Assembly (NCBI RefSeq): GCF_006345805.1
Contig: NC_043004.1
Span: 4,836,001 to 4,900,000, forward strand
Length of the DNA: 64,000 bases
Reading direction: 5' to 3'
DNA from: Octopus sinensis
Taxonomy: Eukaryota
The notes under the pieces are model-generated. The model ran no database searches. It was given only the letters and a program-made list of their open reading frames with translations, and was not told where the DNA came from. Positions 10,401 through 23,219 of this stretch are shown here, piece by piece (the first letter of the stretch is position 1; the number at the start of each line of letters is the position of its first letter). The position numbers were made by a program, and so were the translations under genes.

Positions 10401-13400
10401 TTTTCTTTTTTCTTATAGTTTTTTTTTAACAGAATTTCTTTGCTATCACTCAAATTTTTCTACTCTTGATGTTAAATTATATTTACTATCAAATGTTATT
10501 TATTTTGGTTGTTGATTGGTGCAATTTGTAGAGTGTCAGACAAAATACTTGGCTGATATATAGCTAAATCCCTTTCTGTTTCAGTTTCAATCCTGCAAGG
10601 GTTAATTCAAACTTTTATTCTTTAGGGGTCTTTTAAATGACATGATTTAGTTAACTGTTCCCCACTTAAAAAATTATGGTTATGTTTCTATGTTTTATTA
10701 GAAAAAGCAATTTTCTTTTTTTTTTTTCTTAAGCTGGGCTGTGGTGGGTTTTCCAGCATCAAAAATGCTTTTCTGAGATATTTCACCTTCAGTTAACAAT
10801 TACATTATTACATTTACCTTTGCTTAGCAGAGAGGAACTATATAGCTACTATTTGAAAAATGCTACTGCACCCAGTGGAATATTATGAAGAACTTCTGAT
10901 ATGAAAAATTCTTGCACACATGTGTGCTACATATAAGGATTTCCAGTTTCCTTCTATGATGTTTTGCTTTATCTAATAATTGTTTCCAATAGTTTTCTCT
11001 GTATCACCAAGTTCAAGTATGATGCAAAATAGTTAAGACATTCACTTCATTTCAGTTTGGATTATTCATAATACATTTCTTCCTAGTATCAACATTAAAA
11101 GACTCAAATTTAGGCAGACAGCTATGATATTCAATTTTTCTTCTCTTCTGTTTTTGCTTTTGCAATTCAAGCAGTTACTGGCTTTAAATTTGGTATATAT
11201 TTCAGCTGGGTTAGTAACATAAGAACAATGATAAAATATCTGAGGCCACATAAACTACAGTTCAATTCTTTAAAGCTACTAATTCTTTTTTTTTTTTTCA
11301 TTGGAGTTATTTGTTGTTGTTCAGCCCCAAGTCATCCCTGAAATTGAGCTGGCTTTCAATTCAAAGGAGATGTAATGCCATTTTTCACAAAGTGAGCAGC
11401 TCCATCAAGGCTCTATTGTTGGCATGTAGAGTTATTAGTTAGTTGGTATGTATTTCCTAATAGGTTAGAATTTCAGTAGCTCTTTGAGAAAAGTAAAACA
11501 AACAGGCATCAAATAAGGTTTGTGTATTAGATCTCTCTTCTACTTTCCATAGAACTATTAAAATGTAACAAGGAACCAACTCACAAGCTTTTTTTGTTTT
11601 TAGTTTTTTTTAAAGCTTTCTAAGATCAAGGTATTCTTTACACTCTTTTCTTGGGACATCTGTATGAAACTGTCTGTCATTTGAACTTATAATGAAGTTG
11701 ATTTGCAGGAAACAAGACAAAATTCTTAAATGGTTGTTAAAAATAGCTACAAATTCGTGTGGTATTCTTGTTTGTGAATTGGCTAACATCTTCCAATTTC
11801 CTTTTCTTCTTTGTCATTCCTTTGAAATCCGTATTGTTCACCGACACATTTGTATATTACTTCATGCATCACTGGTATCATGTGTTCTAAAAGTCTTTCA
11901 TATTCTTTCACTGCAAAAGTCATTCAAAATTTCCATCTGCTTTACATTGCCAGTTTATTAAAATGTAATTCCATGTTAATTTACCATCTCTTTGTTGAAG
12001 TGCCTGTAATATTTTACTTCCTCATAATTCAGTAACACTTTGAGATGCTCTAATTTAAAACAGAAATATTAATTTGACCAACAAGACACTCCTTCTTCTG
12101 GCAGTATATCTCTTTGAATAATTTGTATTTTAGGATAAGAAAACATCTCTAATCTTCTAATATACAGAAATGGAGGAACAAAAATAAAATTTTTTACTTT
12201 TTCCTAATGCCAACTTGTTTCTCGTACTATGCAGAATGCTAAACATTTCTGTCCAAATTTCAGTTATATTTAGAAAAAGCTATCTATGTTGATACAAATT
12301 GACTCAAGTTTCTGATAACTTGTTCCAATTTTATATAATATAATATATTCCTGTTTGTCTTCATTACTGGCAGCCAGAATAATTCAGTATACTGTTTCAA
12401 AAATGGTGATATTTCTCTAAGTGGTTTCCTATTCCCCACTTCCCTTTATACTATTTCAAGACGATTTCTTAAATTAGTTTATATTGATACTAATATCAGT
12501 AGAAGGTTTTATTTTAGATTCTTCTCTTTTTTTTTTTTTCCTTTCTTAAATCTAATTCTAGAATCTTCTATTTGCTGTCCTATTCTTTCAAACTAGCATT
12601 TTCAGAGTGTTGCATGTCTTTTGTAGTCTATTAGAAATGGTCATTCGGTAATCTTGTTCACAAGACATTCTTCCTTATTAAAGGTTTTTTATCGCTGTTG
12701 CTGTTGGTAAGTAAACCAGCTTCAGCATGAACTCCTCTTTGATTACTGATGCTTTCCAATTTTTCTCCTCTCAGCAGCTAGTACAGGGTTTTGATGCATT
12801 GTTTCCACGTTTTTGCTAGCTCAAGTGGCTTCTGTCCAGTCTCCATGCATGAAACAAATGATCAAATTTTTGTTACTCATTTTGAGTAAATGGTGTGGTT
12901 TGCAACATGCACCACCAGATTTTTTTTTTTTTTCATTATCACACCTCACTTATTAACTGAACAGCTCTCAGCTTCTAGGATTTATTAAACCTGCTTTTTC
13001 TAAGAGAGATTAATTACTCCAACAGTTGGGTCACACTAACTAACACCTATAAGCCTTGACTACCACCCAAAGAAGTAATTTTGAGACCTTGGCCTGTACT
13101 ACAAGAATTGTATATCTTTGCTTACAAGAAGAGACTTGCTTATTTCTGTAAAACATGCTGACAGAACCATATTTTAGAAGCTTTATTATTGCTTAAACTA
13201 TCTTGTAAAATTTTTGCACCTGTATTTATCAAAGAATGGTTCACTTTGTTTGATGCAATATTGCTTGACAAAAGTATTTGAAATCAATTTGAGAGCTTGT
13301 TACTTGCCTCTACTAAAATTGGTATAAAACAAAAACAACCCTGCCTGTTGCCTTTTATGGATGATATAATGACTTCTTGTTAACAAACAATAATTATTTA

Positions 13401-14368
13401 TTTATTTTTTAAAAAAAAAATCTTCCACATCTTATTTCATCTCTTACGAGAAAATTTAAATTGAACTCACTCTGAGTAACTATTAATTTGTAAACTGTTC
13501 TTCAGCAATTCTAATTGAATTTATAACTATGATAACTCTTTGCTTAAAAGTAGCTCTTTGATGTTTGTGTATGTTATTCCTGTACATTTCATGTTTGTTA
13601 ATGGGCAGGTCACTGAGACAGAACACCCAGAAGACATCTGAATGTAAAAGGAATTTTTTTTTTTATATCCAGCCTTATATACATGCTCTTTGATGTTTGG
13701 AAGATAAAAAAGGACATATGGTTAATTTATGGGTTGGAAAAAGAGAAATGAATGAGGTTTCTTGATGGCTGGCAGTCTGACTTGATACATGATATGTCAT
13801 CAGAGTTAGGGAGTGAGAGATTCTATTTATTCTCAGTTTTTCAGTGATGTATAACTAAAATTGTCATTAAAAAATGCATTTCACTCATTTAGTTTGGTTT
13901 GGTGTTTACCAGAAAACATCTAAGGAACTTACTGCTTTTCTTGCCTTTAATGTGTTAGAATATTGAAGAGAATTGAGATAGACAAGCATTAAAATATTTT
14001 CTATATACCGTAACAATCTAAAGATATCTGTATACCAATTTGAAGTAGCTGCTAAAATTTATCAATGTATAAGTATCAATAAGTCAGTAAGGCATTCAAT
14101 ATATATTATGTATTGTTCACTAATCATATAGTTGTGCCAGAATTGTATCATTAGTTGTTAATTAAAAAATTCTAATATTCAGTCTGTGGTTCGTCTAATT
14201 GCTTAAGGCATCATTGACTAATTAAGAAATCATTTCTGTTATTGTTGATTAGAATTTGTCTCAAATAGGTACACAATACATTGTAAATTAGTTTTGCATT
14301 CTTCACATAATAGGAATTATTTATGAAATGTGTAATTAGTTATATAAAACCAGCAAAGCTGTTGTATT

Positions 14369-15660
14369 TAACACTGCGATGGTGAATGTGTCATTTTTGG
14401 CGGGTGGGTTTAGAGGAATTACTGTGTCCTTGTCATTCCTGAAACAATTTGGACAAGGAATATCAAATGAAACAAAGCACCTTGCTATCCTTTTAAGTGT
14501 TTGTTTGTTTGTTTGTTTGCGTGTGTGGGGAGTGGTGTGTGTGTGTGTGGGGGGGGGGTTCAAAGTGATTTCAGTGACCATGAATTTCATCAATCTCCTA
14601 TTAAACTATGAGAGGTGGAAACTTGTCAGGATAATGTTATTCACAATATCTACTTTCATATTATGATGGAAAATCACCCAAAAGAGTGATCTGAAAAATT
14701 GGAGCAAAGAACTGGTGTCTTTGAATGTTTCAAACAAAAGTAATTTGGATGATGATGAAGAAAATATTTAGGAATGTCATTCGTAAAACCAGCAAATGTA
14801 TCAGGTAAAGCTCTTTATTGGGAACAGTTAAAATTAAAAGTTAGCAAAATTTGAGCTGATGGGGATATTAGCTTTAGAAATGTGAGAACAGAAAATAAAG
14901 AAAAAAAAGATTATTTTATCAGCATCTTAAAAATTGATAAATTAATTTTAAAAAATTTAAAGGAGCAGAACATTGCCATTGTAAGCTTTACAATTGGTCA
15001 GATAAATAGTTATGTTCTTTGTGGTTGATGTCTGTAAGAGAAGGGTGAGTAATGGGGATTTCAAAGAGGATTTAGTTCTGGAAAGTAAAAATAGGATTTT
15101 TAAAAAAAAAAATGTTTTAGTTTGGAGTGGTAAAGCAAGAATAACAAAATGAAAGGCCAAGTGCATTGAGTTGACCAGTGCAAAGACTGTATGTAATTTG
15201 CTAAGATCAATGATCATTGTAGTAGGAATAGAAGCGATAGAGTATATGTGGGCCGGTTTTGATAGCAGGCTTGTGATTAAATCTTTACTAATAAGACTTA
15301 TGGCTTTTACTTACATTCTTTGGATCACAGCTTGTGGTATAGTAAGTTGTTGTAGTAATAACTGTTCTGAAAAATATTCAGACAACAGACTTTCCACTCA
15401 TTTGACCTACACAAACACTCAATGTGCTGTGTTACCAATTCTCTATAATAAACCCAAAGGAATCTAAGGTCATGTGCACTGAGTCTGTCTTGAACAGTTA
15501 CTGCACTAATCACCAAGACTACATATGTGCCCAGTTTAAGTCAGCAGCTTTTTTTATCTACTTGGTGCTCAATAAAATCACTGCAAGTTTTTTTTACCAA
15601 ATGTGGTGGTTATACTTTTTACAGTTTTTTTTCTGTCTGGTAAGGAATGTAACATGATTT
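14369..15660 (+). mobile_element. Heavily decayed piggyBac transposase relic
   Basis: Frame-hopping translation at 15269-15346 gives CD*IFTN..RLMA..LHSL..ITACGIV (compare DNFFTS..L...L...GI.ACGTV). Acidic NLDDDEEN lies upstream and WW.YF downstream; TTAA-CAC at about 14368 is a possible left end. Confidence 0.4.
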
Positions 15661-16570
15661 GTTTAATGTAATGTATTGATTGTTACATGGAATATGAAGG
15701 GATGTAACTAAGTACATACTGTAAGGCAGTTTGTCTGGCATTTTCCTGATTTTATCATTGATAATACTATTGTCTGATATATTATAGCATGGTACGTCTG
15801 GTGTGATGAATGTAAGACAACTTATTTGGTATACTGAGTGGGTTGGTCTTATTAGATATACTGAACATACCAGTCATTCATGGATAGTTGCTCGATTATG
15901 TTATTTATCTATTCTAGCAGACCATATAACATAATTGTATGGCAGCACTGAATAATGATTGAGCTTTATGAAGAAGTTTCTACAAACCAAACTTGAATAC
16001 TAAACAGATTTCTAAGATGTGACAAAATCCAAAACGAGACTATTTGTTAGTCGAGATATTTAGATGGTATAATTAAGTCGGTCATGTTCAGCCCAAATTT
16101 TTTCAAGGTCAGCATAGTTTTTCATCTTGCCTGAATAAGTTGATTTATAAATTGGTTATCAAAACTTTTGACAACCATATCTGCTGTGAATGACTACAAC
16201 TGTTTCATTGTTTGCCAATGTTCAGATGGTCCAATGTTCTACTCACAGCTATGCAAGGAAGAAATTTTAAGCATAAAAAGCGTCTTTGAAACTGCACATT
16301 TCAGTCTTGAATATTCTTTTATCTCGCATATGATAAAATAAGTTTGCAAGAATATTCTTGACTGGATTCTTACTGGCACACAGCCAATTTGAAAAAAAAA
16401 AAAAAAAAATCTTATCTTTAAACATATGTCATGTTATTTATTGTTTCATAAAACTCTATATATTTTTTAATATTTTTATTTTCTCTGCTCACTTAATTTC
16501 TTTAACTGTTGTGCCTTCCTCTGGGAATTTGGCGCTTAGCATTTTTAAGTCTCATTTTGTCCTTGATGAA

Positions 16571-16621
<51 letters not shown>

Positions 16622-16964
16622 ATTGTTGCTAATCTGTTATGTTAGACTTATTATTTAGTTATTTCACTTCTATTCCATCCATTCCTTTTTAGAGAGAAAG
16701 AACTTAAAAATGCTTTCTCCAGCCATTTATAAAAAAAAAACTTAGATTCTGATATAGATTGTGTAGTTCTGCAAATTTCAGTATTTGCACAAATTGTTTT
16801 TATCGTTAAATCTCTTTTCTTAACTTCTCAGCAAGATAAGTGTACTTAGCATCTTGTCTTCAGTTGACTAGTCATAGTTCAAACAGGTAATGTGCCCTCT
16901 GTTAAGATTATGCTTCTTAAAAAAGCTTCTCCAGAATTGGTTAACAAGTATATTTCAAAATAAA

Positions 16965-17123
16965 GGCATGGGTTTGTGGTTAAGAAGCTTACTTTCCAAC
17001 CATGTGGTTTTGGATTCAGTCTCACTGTGTTGTACCTGTGTTGTCTTCTACTATACACTGAGCTGACCATTGCCTTGTGAGTGAATTTAGTTAATAGAAA
17101 CTGCGCGCGCACAGACACACATG

Positions 17124-17154
<31 letters not shown>

Positions 17155-17355
17155 GTGTGTGTCTTTGTGCCTGTATTTGTTTCACCACCAGTGCTTGGCA
17201 ATCAGTGTTGGTTTGTTTTACATCTGTAACTTAGTGGTTTGGCAAAAGAGACCAATAGAATAAATATCAGACTTAGAAATGAATACTGGGGCCAGTTTGT
17301 TCAGCTAAAACCCTTCAAGGCAGTGTCCCTAGCATGGCCGTAAGCCACTGACTGT
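16965..17355 (+). mobile_element. SINE family A head with A1 tail
   Basis: Head, internal (CA)n, tail ...gcaaaagagaccaatagaataa...agcatggccg. Confidence 0.75.
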
Positions 17356-17659
17356 ATTTAGATTCTAATATCGCCGTGTTTGGCAGTCGAGTGTTATAAA
17401 AGAAGTGAGCTCCTCATAAATCTCATCTATTGACTAATGTTATCCTTGGTAGTAGCCTTTTCACTTCACTGTCAATATGCCTCTTTGTCATTATCAGTAC
17501 TTTTTTATTACCCTGACTATCATCAATGTTGCCATCATTAACATATCATATATATAATTTGTTTCCCCTTTGCTGAAATAGGCTGGGAAAGACATGAATG
17601 GTGCAATCATGTTTTGTCTCTTATATAAACAATTATAGACAATTATCAGCTGAAGTAAA

Positions 17660-18250
17660 TCATTCATCATCATTTAGTGTCTGCTTTCCATACTGGCATG
17701 GGTTAGATGGTTTGACTGGAACTGGCAAGCCAGAGAGCTGCACCAAGTTCTAGTCTGGTTTGGCATGGTTTCTATGACTGGTTGCCCTTCCTAATACCAA
17801 CTGCTCCAAGGGTGTAATGGGTGCTTTTAACCTGCCATCAGCTTGGGTGCTTTTACGTTCCATCGGCTTGGGTGCCAGTCATGTGACACCAGCATCAGCC
17901 ATGACTACAATTTCACTTGATTTGATGGGTCTTCTCAAGCATGGCATATCATCAAAAGTCTTGGTCACTTGTCATTGCCTCCATGATACCCATTGTTTGA
18001 AGATCATGCTTTGCCATCTTGTCCTGTGTCTTCCTGGGTCTATCTCTCCCACAAGTTCCCGCCACATTTAGAGATCAGGACTTCTTTACATAGCTGTCTT
18101 CATCTATCCACATCACATGGTCATACCAGCACAGATGTCTCTCTTGCACACCACATCTGATGCATCTTATACCTAACTTTTCTCTTGAGATGCTCATGCA
18201 CTGTCGTACATGCACACTGACATTGCACAGCCAGCGAGACATACCAACTT
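17660..18250 (-). mobile_element. RTE LINE 3' end (ORF2 C-terminus plus 3' UTR, (ATG)n tail)
   Basis: Minus strand translates to RCGVQERHLCWYDHVM...GRDRPRKT..LEKT; ends in (ATG)n at about 17660. Confidence 0.85.
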
Positions 18251-18359
18251 CATTTCTTTCATCATATTTTATGCATAGTTATTACAGGGGAGGGGGAGCA
18301 GATGTAATTGACCAACCTCTTTCCCCAGATGTTGGGCTTATGCCCATGTTAGAAATTAA

Positions 18360-18805
18360 GAGCAGTGAAATGGCAGAAGTACCTCATGGTACTCATGGAA
18401 GGTGGCAAGCTGGCAGAAACGTTAGCACGCCGGGCGAAATACTTAGTGGTATTTCGTCTGCCGTTACGTTCTGAGTTCCAATTCTGCTGAGGTTGACTTT
18501 GCCTTTCATCCTTTCGGGGTCGATAAATTAAGTACCAGTTAACACACTGGGGTTGATGTAATCAACTTAATCCCTTTGTCTGTCCTTGTTTGTCCCCTCT
18601 AAGTTTAGCCCCTTGTGGGCACTAAAGAAATAAAAAGTACCTCATGGTATTTAGTTCTGGTTTTTTACATTCTGAGTTCAAATTCTGTTGAAGTTAACTT
18701 TGTCTTTCATCCTTTTGGGGTCAAGAAAATAAAGTGCCAGTCAAGTACTGAGGTTGATAGCATCAACTAATCTCCTTTTCTCAAATCGTTGGTGGTGTTC
18801 CTAAA
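18360..18805 (+). mobile_element. Old SINE family B (B2 tail) interrupted by a younger B1 copy
   Basis: Head gcagtgaaatggcagaa at 18362 resumes after 18649. Confidence 0.75.
18392..18634 (+). mobile_element. Young SINE family B with B1 tail, 15-bp TSD
   Basis: TSD AAGTACCTCATGGTA at 18377-18391 and 18635-18649; B box gagttccaattc. Confidence 0.9.
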
Positions 18806-19509
18806 TTAGAATGATTGTTGGAGAATGTAATAGGGTGTTAGCTGTTTTCAACCAGTGTTCTAAGATAACAATCTTTCATTCAAATTTAACATTAGGTCAT
18901 GTTACTTTACTGTAGAAGTGAAAGCAAACAATCTCGAAGAGGTCTGAACTCAGAAGGTAGGAGCCAATGAAACTAAATACTGCAAGGTATTAATCAGGAT
19001 GCTGTACCATGTCTGATGAACTGCTGCTATCCATGTTATTGCAAGCCTTTTTTCAGTGACATAGAAGCAATGAAAAAATAAAAAAAAACTACACTTTCAC
19101 AAACCTACCAACCAACCAACGAGTGAGCAATGTTTTCTTTGGGGATAAAGATGATATTTTTTGGAATAAACAATTCATTAAAAGAAGTAGTCAAATTCCA
19201 GAAAATATATGTGTATGTACACAAACGTGCGCACGCATGCACACACACACACACACACAGGGAAGAGGAAAAGTATTAAAACAAAAAGGCCAAGTTGAAA
19301 ATAGAGTTGGTGGCTGAGTGGGTGTCATTAGGGAAAGTGATTGATACCTGGAAGAAGATATTTGTAATGAAAAGAAAGAGTAAGAAAACTGAGAGAGCCG
19401 GAGAGGTTTTTTTTTTTTTGAAACTCTGGTTCTCTCTCTGAGTTGGGTGAGGTATATTGGTGGTGGTGATGGTATGTATGTATGTGTGTGTCTGTGCATA
19501 TATATATAT

Positions 19510-19705
19510 AGGTACCATGTAAAAAGCACTTGTGCTGGTACCATGTACAAAAGCACCTGTGGTTGGCATTAAGAAGTGCATTCAGTCATAGGAACCACGC
19601 CAAAACAGATGGCTGGGGCCTGTTGCAGCTCTCCAGCTTGCCAGTTCCTGTCAAATTGTCCAATCCATGCCAGCATGGAAAGCAGATATTACATAATGAT
19701 GATAA
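19510..19705 (+). mobile_element. RTE 3' UTR fragment with a 26-bp tandem duplication
   Basis: ggtaccatgtaaaaagcac twice, then ...ccatgccagcatggaaagcagat..atgatg. Confidence 0.7.
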
Positions 19706-20060
19706 TGTCTATGAACATATGTATACTCAGGAGTTTTTGTTTGCGGTTGCTTACATTGCTGCTTCTCCAAAAATTGCCGAGTTACAAGTGGTGATGTTGT
19801 CATTTCCTCTTTCAACAAATCAGCAGCTGGCTTTGTTCCTTCAAGGTTTGTAGAATGAGGTTCCTTACATGAAAAAAAACATTTCAGAGTTAGTGACAAA
19901 GTGACAGGAAGAGTATCCGGCTATCAAACAGTGTCTCAATAATATATTCATCTCATCCATGCCAGCATGGAGAAACGATCATAAAAACAGGCACAGCTGT
20001 GTGGTTAATTTAATTTTGTACCAACCAATGCTTATGAAATGAATTTGGTTGACAGAATTA

Positions 20061-20221
20061 GGTGCAGGAGTGGCTGTGTGGTAAGTAGTTTGCTTACCAA
20101 TCATATGGTTCTGGGTTCAGTTCCACCGCATGGCACCTTGGGCAAGTGTCTTCTACTATAGCCTTGGTCTGACCAAAGCCTTGTGAGGGGATTTGGTCGA
20201 AGGAAACTGAAAGAAGCCCAT

Positions 20222-20258
<37 letters not shown>

Positions 20259-20482
20259 GTATGTATGTAGATATTTGTGTGTCTGTGTTTGTCCCCCCAA
20301 CATTGCTTGACAACTGATGCTAGTGTGTTTAAGTCCCTGTCACTTAGCGGTTTGGCGAGAGAGACCGATAGAATAAGTACTAGGCTTACAAAGAATAAGT
20401 CCTGGGGTCGATTTGCTTGACTAAAGACAGTGCTCCAGCATGGCCACAATCAAATGACTGAAACAAATAAAAGGAAATAATA
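20061..20482 (+). mobile_element. Full-length SINE family A with A1 tail
   Basis: tRNA-like head with B box gggttcagttcc, internal (AT)n, tail aatgactgaaacaaataaaagg. Confidence 0.9.
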
Positions 20483-20586
20483 GGAACTCTTTCAGTACAT
20501 AAAAGAGAACAAAAAAAGGTTTCATTATGATTACTTTATTCAGAATGAAAGCAAAGAGAAATTAAATCTAATGGAATAAGTAATAA

Positions 20587-20802
20587 ACCTTTCTATTATA
20601 GGCACAAGGCCTGAAATTCAGGAATGGGGTTAGTCGGTTATTTTAATACCAGTACTCAACTGGTACTTAACTTATCGCCCCCAAAAGGATGAAATGTAAA
20701 GTCAACCTCAGCAAAATTTGGACTCAGAACATAGCGACAGGCGAAATACTGCTAAGCATTTTGTCCAGCCTTCTAATAATTCTGCCAGCTTGCCGCTTTA
20801 AC
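20587..20802 (-). mobile_element. SINE family B (B2 tail) with 14-bp TSD
   Basis: TSD GGAATAAGTAATAA at 20573-20586 and 20803-20816. Confidence 0.85.
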
Positions 20803-20949
20803 GGAATAAGTAATAATAATCTGTTCACAACAGTGAAGAGAAACTACCTTTTTTTTTTTTTAGTTATTTTTATAACGGTAGTCAACAATCAAATTGAGAT
20901 TAACATATATTAGAAGTTTGCAAACTCAAGAATAGTGTCTACTTTTTAC

Positions 20950-21700
20950 TTCATGTCACCCAAAACATACTAGAACAAATATTCCAATTATTTTAATCAA
21001 AAGAATATTCACAGCTGTATCCAATATAAATACTCATGAGATCAGCCTCAGGAACTTAAAGATACGTTCACCCACAAGCATTATTTACCATTCTTGATTG
21101 ATGTTGGGTTACAATGAGGCAAGACAATATTTGGATACTAAAACAAGCAAAATGAAACAATATACCTGAATTGAAAGCATTACCATATGTTTCCACTCAA
21201 AATCTTTGAAACAGTGAAACCTATAACATTATTTTTCAAAATGAACTGATACTGAGAAAGGACACTTGGATAAATCATTTGTTTGCAAATGCATAATTAT
21301 TACAAAAAGTAAAAGATGACTGAAGTCAATGAAATGCCAAATTATATTCAACAACACTGCAACCTGCAATTAAAGAATGTGGATAATCCAGATGGTTAAA
21401 ATTTCCATTATAAAACCAGCATAATGTTTCAGTGTAAACTATTTTTCCTTTAACCAAAGGTCGAATTTATGGAATGACATATTCAGCATGTAGAGAAAAT
21501 TATATAGGACAAACTGGACTAGTTTCATAAAACAAGTGACATTACATACAGTGTCCCAACTACAGACAAATATCAAATATATCTTAGTGAGATATTAGGT
21601 ACATGGGGTGGTAATCGTTAACAAAATGAATTTTCTTGTTGTATCAGTGTACACATGGTACATCTGAGTTACAGTAAATTAATTGAGAGTTTACATCTGT
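20950..21700 (+). mobile_element. Penelope-like element ORF relic (RT thumb/linker and GIY-YIG endonuclease)
   Basis: ALPYVSTQN from 21177 and IYGMTYSACRENYIGQTG at 21465-21518 (GIY-YIG signature IY..C..C...YIGQTG); many stops. Confidence 0.7.
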
Positions 21701-22169
21701 TGAAAAAATATTGTGTTTGCATATGTGTTTTATATAAGACAAGATATGGTAAAATTTTCACATATTTCTTATGCAAAATCCTCACAGATTTTGAACCATG
21801 CATACTTATACAGGTCTACAGACATTGTGTAATGTCTGTAGCACACATAATTATTTATATGTAATGTGGTTTTGAAGTGAGCTACTACTGAAACAATTGT
21901 AACCAGTATTAAATTTATGCCATACTAATGTCATCGTTACCGTCGTCATCATGTGCATTGGTTGTTTATATTCATGTATATTTTCTTTCATGAATGAACT
22001 TAGGTGCTCCAACAAGTGACTGCCAGTTAGTACTATCAACCTTAACTGTTGTCATGTTTTTCAGTTTTATCCCTGTGTCTTGTAGTTGTTGGTTTTTTCA
22101 TCTCAGTTTTTATGAGTTGGCTTCCATAGCAACAGCTGATATGCTGTCTTATATCGGCTTCTCTGACAG

Positions 22170-23000
22170 TTACCTATAAACTTTAATCATCATTGTTGCA
22201 ATATGGTTGTTATTAGCAGTTAGATTGCTATAACAGTTTTATGTTTCTTCCATGTCATGTAGAGAGTTGCTTACAGTAATCTTGTGTAGGCACTGTCCCA
22301 TCGATTTCCTGGGGTTTTGTTAGAGACCATGTTTTAGTACCATACATCAGCACACTCTCTGTTGTTGTTCTGAAGAATCTTTCAGATCTCATTTTAGATT
22401 TGCATGTCTCAGAGATCAGGGAGTGTCTCCTGGTCAAGTCACCACTCCTTTGTACTGAAAGGTCACAGCTATGGTACTACAAAGCTGCAGGAAGGGATCA
22501 CAAAGTGGATTCTTCAAACCAAGCCAACCGGCAAGAAACCTAGTGGTAGCCCATTAGTGACATAGTTTCAGTTGACGGTGTTTGGGAATGCACTGGAAAA
22601 TGTAATGATGTTTGGTTTGATAGGACTCTATGGAGGATGCGCTTGAGATTCCCCCTTCACTCCGATGATCCTCCTAGGAACAGTGAGCTGGATGGACTTC
22701 TGTTGCTTTGATAGCTGCTGACTAATTTTGAGCTTTCTACCCTTTCCTGAGTGTGTTTGTTAGTCAGATACTGAGATACTGGAAATATTTCGCTTCTTTC
22801 AGTTTGTGTCCTTAGATAAACATATATCTGTTGAAGCTGATTAAGAGAGGTGAACTCAGTATTTGTCTTGTTCACATATAAGTATATTTGAGTAGCTGCA
22901 ATTTTTATTCTTAGCCACAGTTGCTGGCCTTCTTCACCAAGATCTGATAACAATGCAGTATCATCTGCAAAATCTGCATCTGTTATTGCTTTAACCCTTC
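22170..23000 (-). mobile_element. RTE-clade LINE ORF2 relic (RT domains 5-7 and downstream)
   Basis: DADFADDTALLSD (FADD at 22960-22971) and FFRTTTESVLMYGTKTWSLTK. Confidence 0.85.
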
Positions 23001-23074
23001 AGCATTCGGACTACACTATGTCGAACATAGTGTTTATCTATTGGCATTGTTTTAAGTTGATTGTAGATTATTTC

Positions 23075-23219
23075 GTAGCTTCAAGATTTTAATGATGCGA
23101 GTGTTTAGTTCTAGAATGGCATTGTAGGGTAGGTGTGAGAGGCTGGATGGGTTGGTTTGAACACAAAACCGGTGGAATATTTTGGCTGGATATGGCTGGT
23201 TTAAATGCTAAATGATTAA
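23075..23219 (-). mobile_element. piggyBac-type MITE family G, partial
   Basis: Ends ggtttaaatgctaaatgaTTAA. Confidence 0.65.

Noticed and set aside
10731-10795. LGCGGFSS kinase glycine-loop-like peptide after a polypyrimidine tract
   Set aside because: The frame stops after 20 codons, with no donor and no other kinase motifs.
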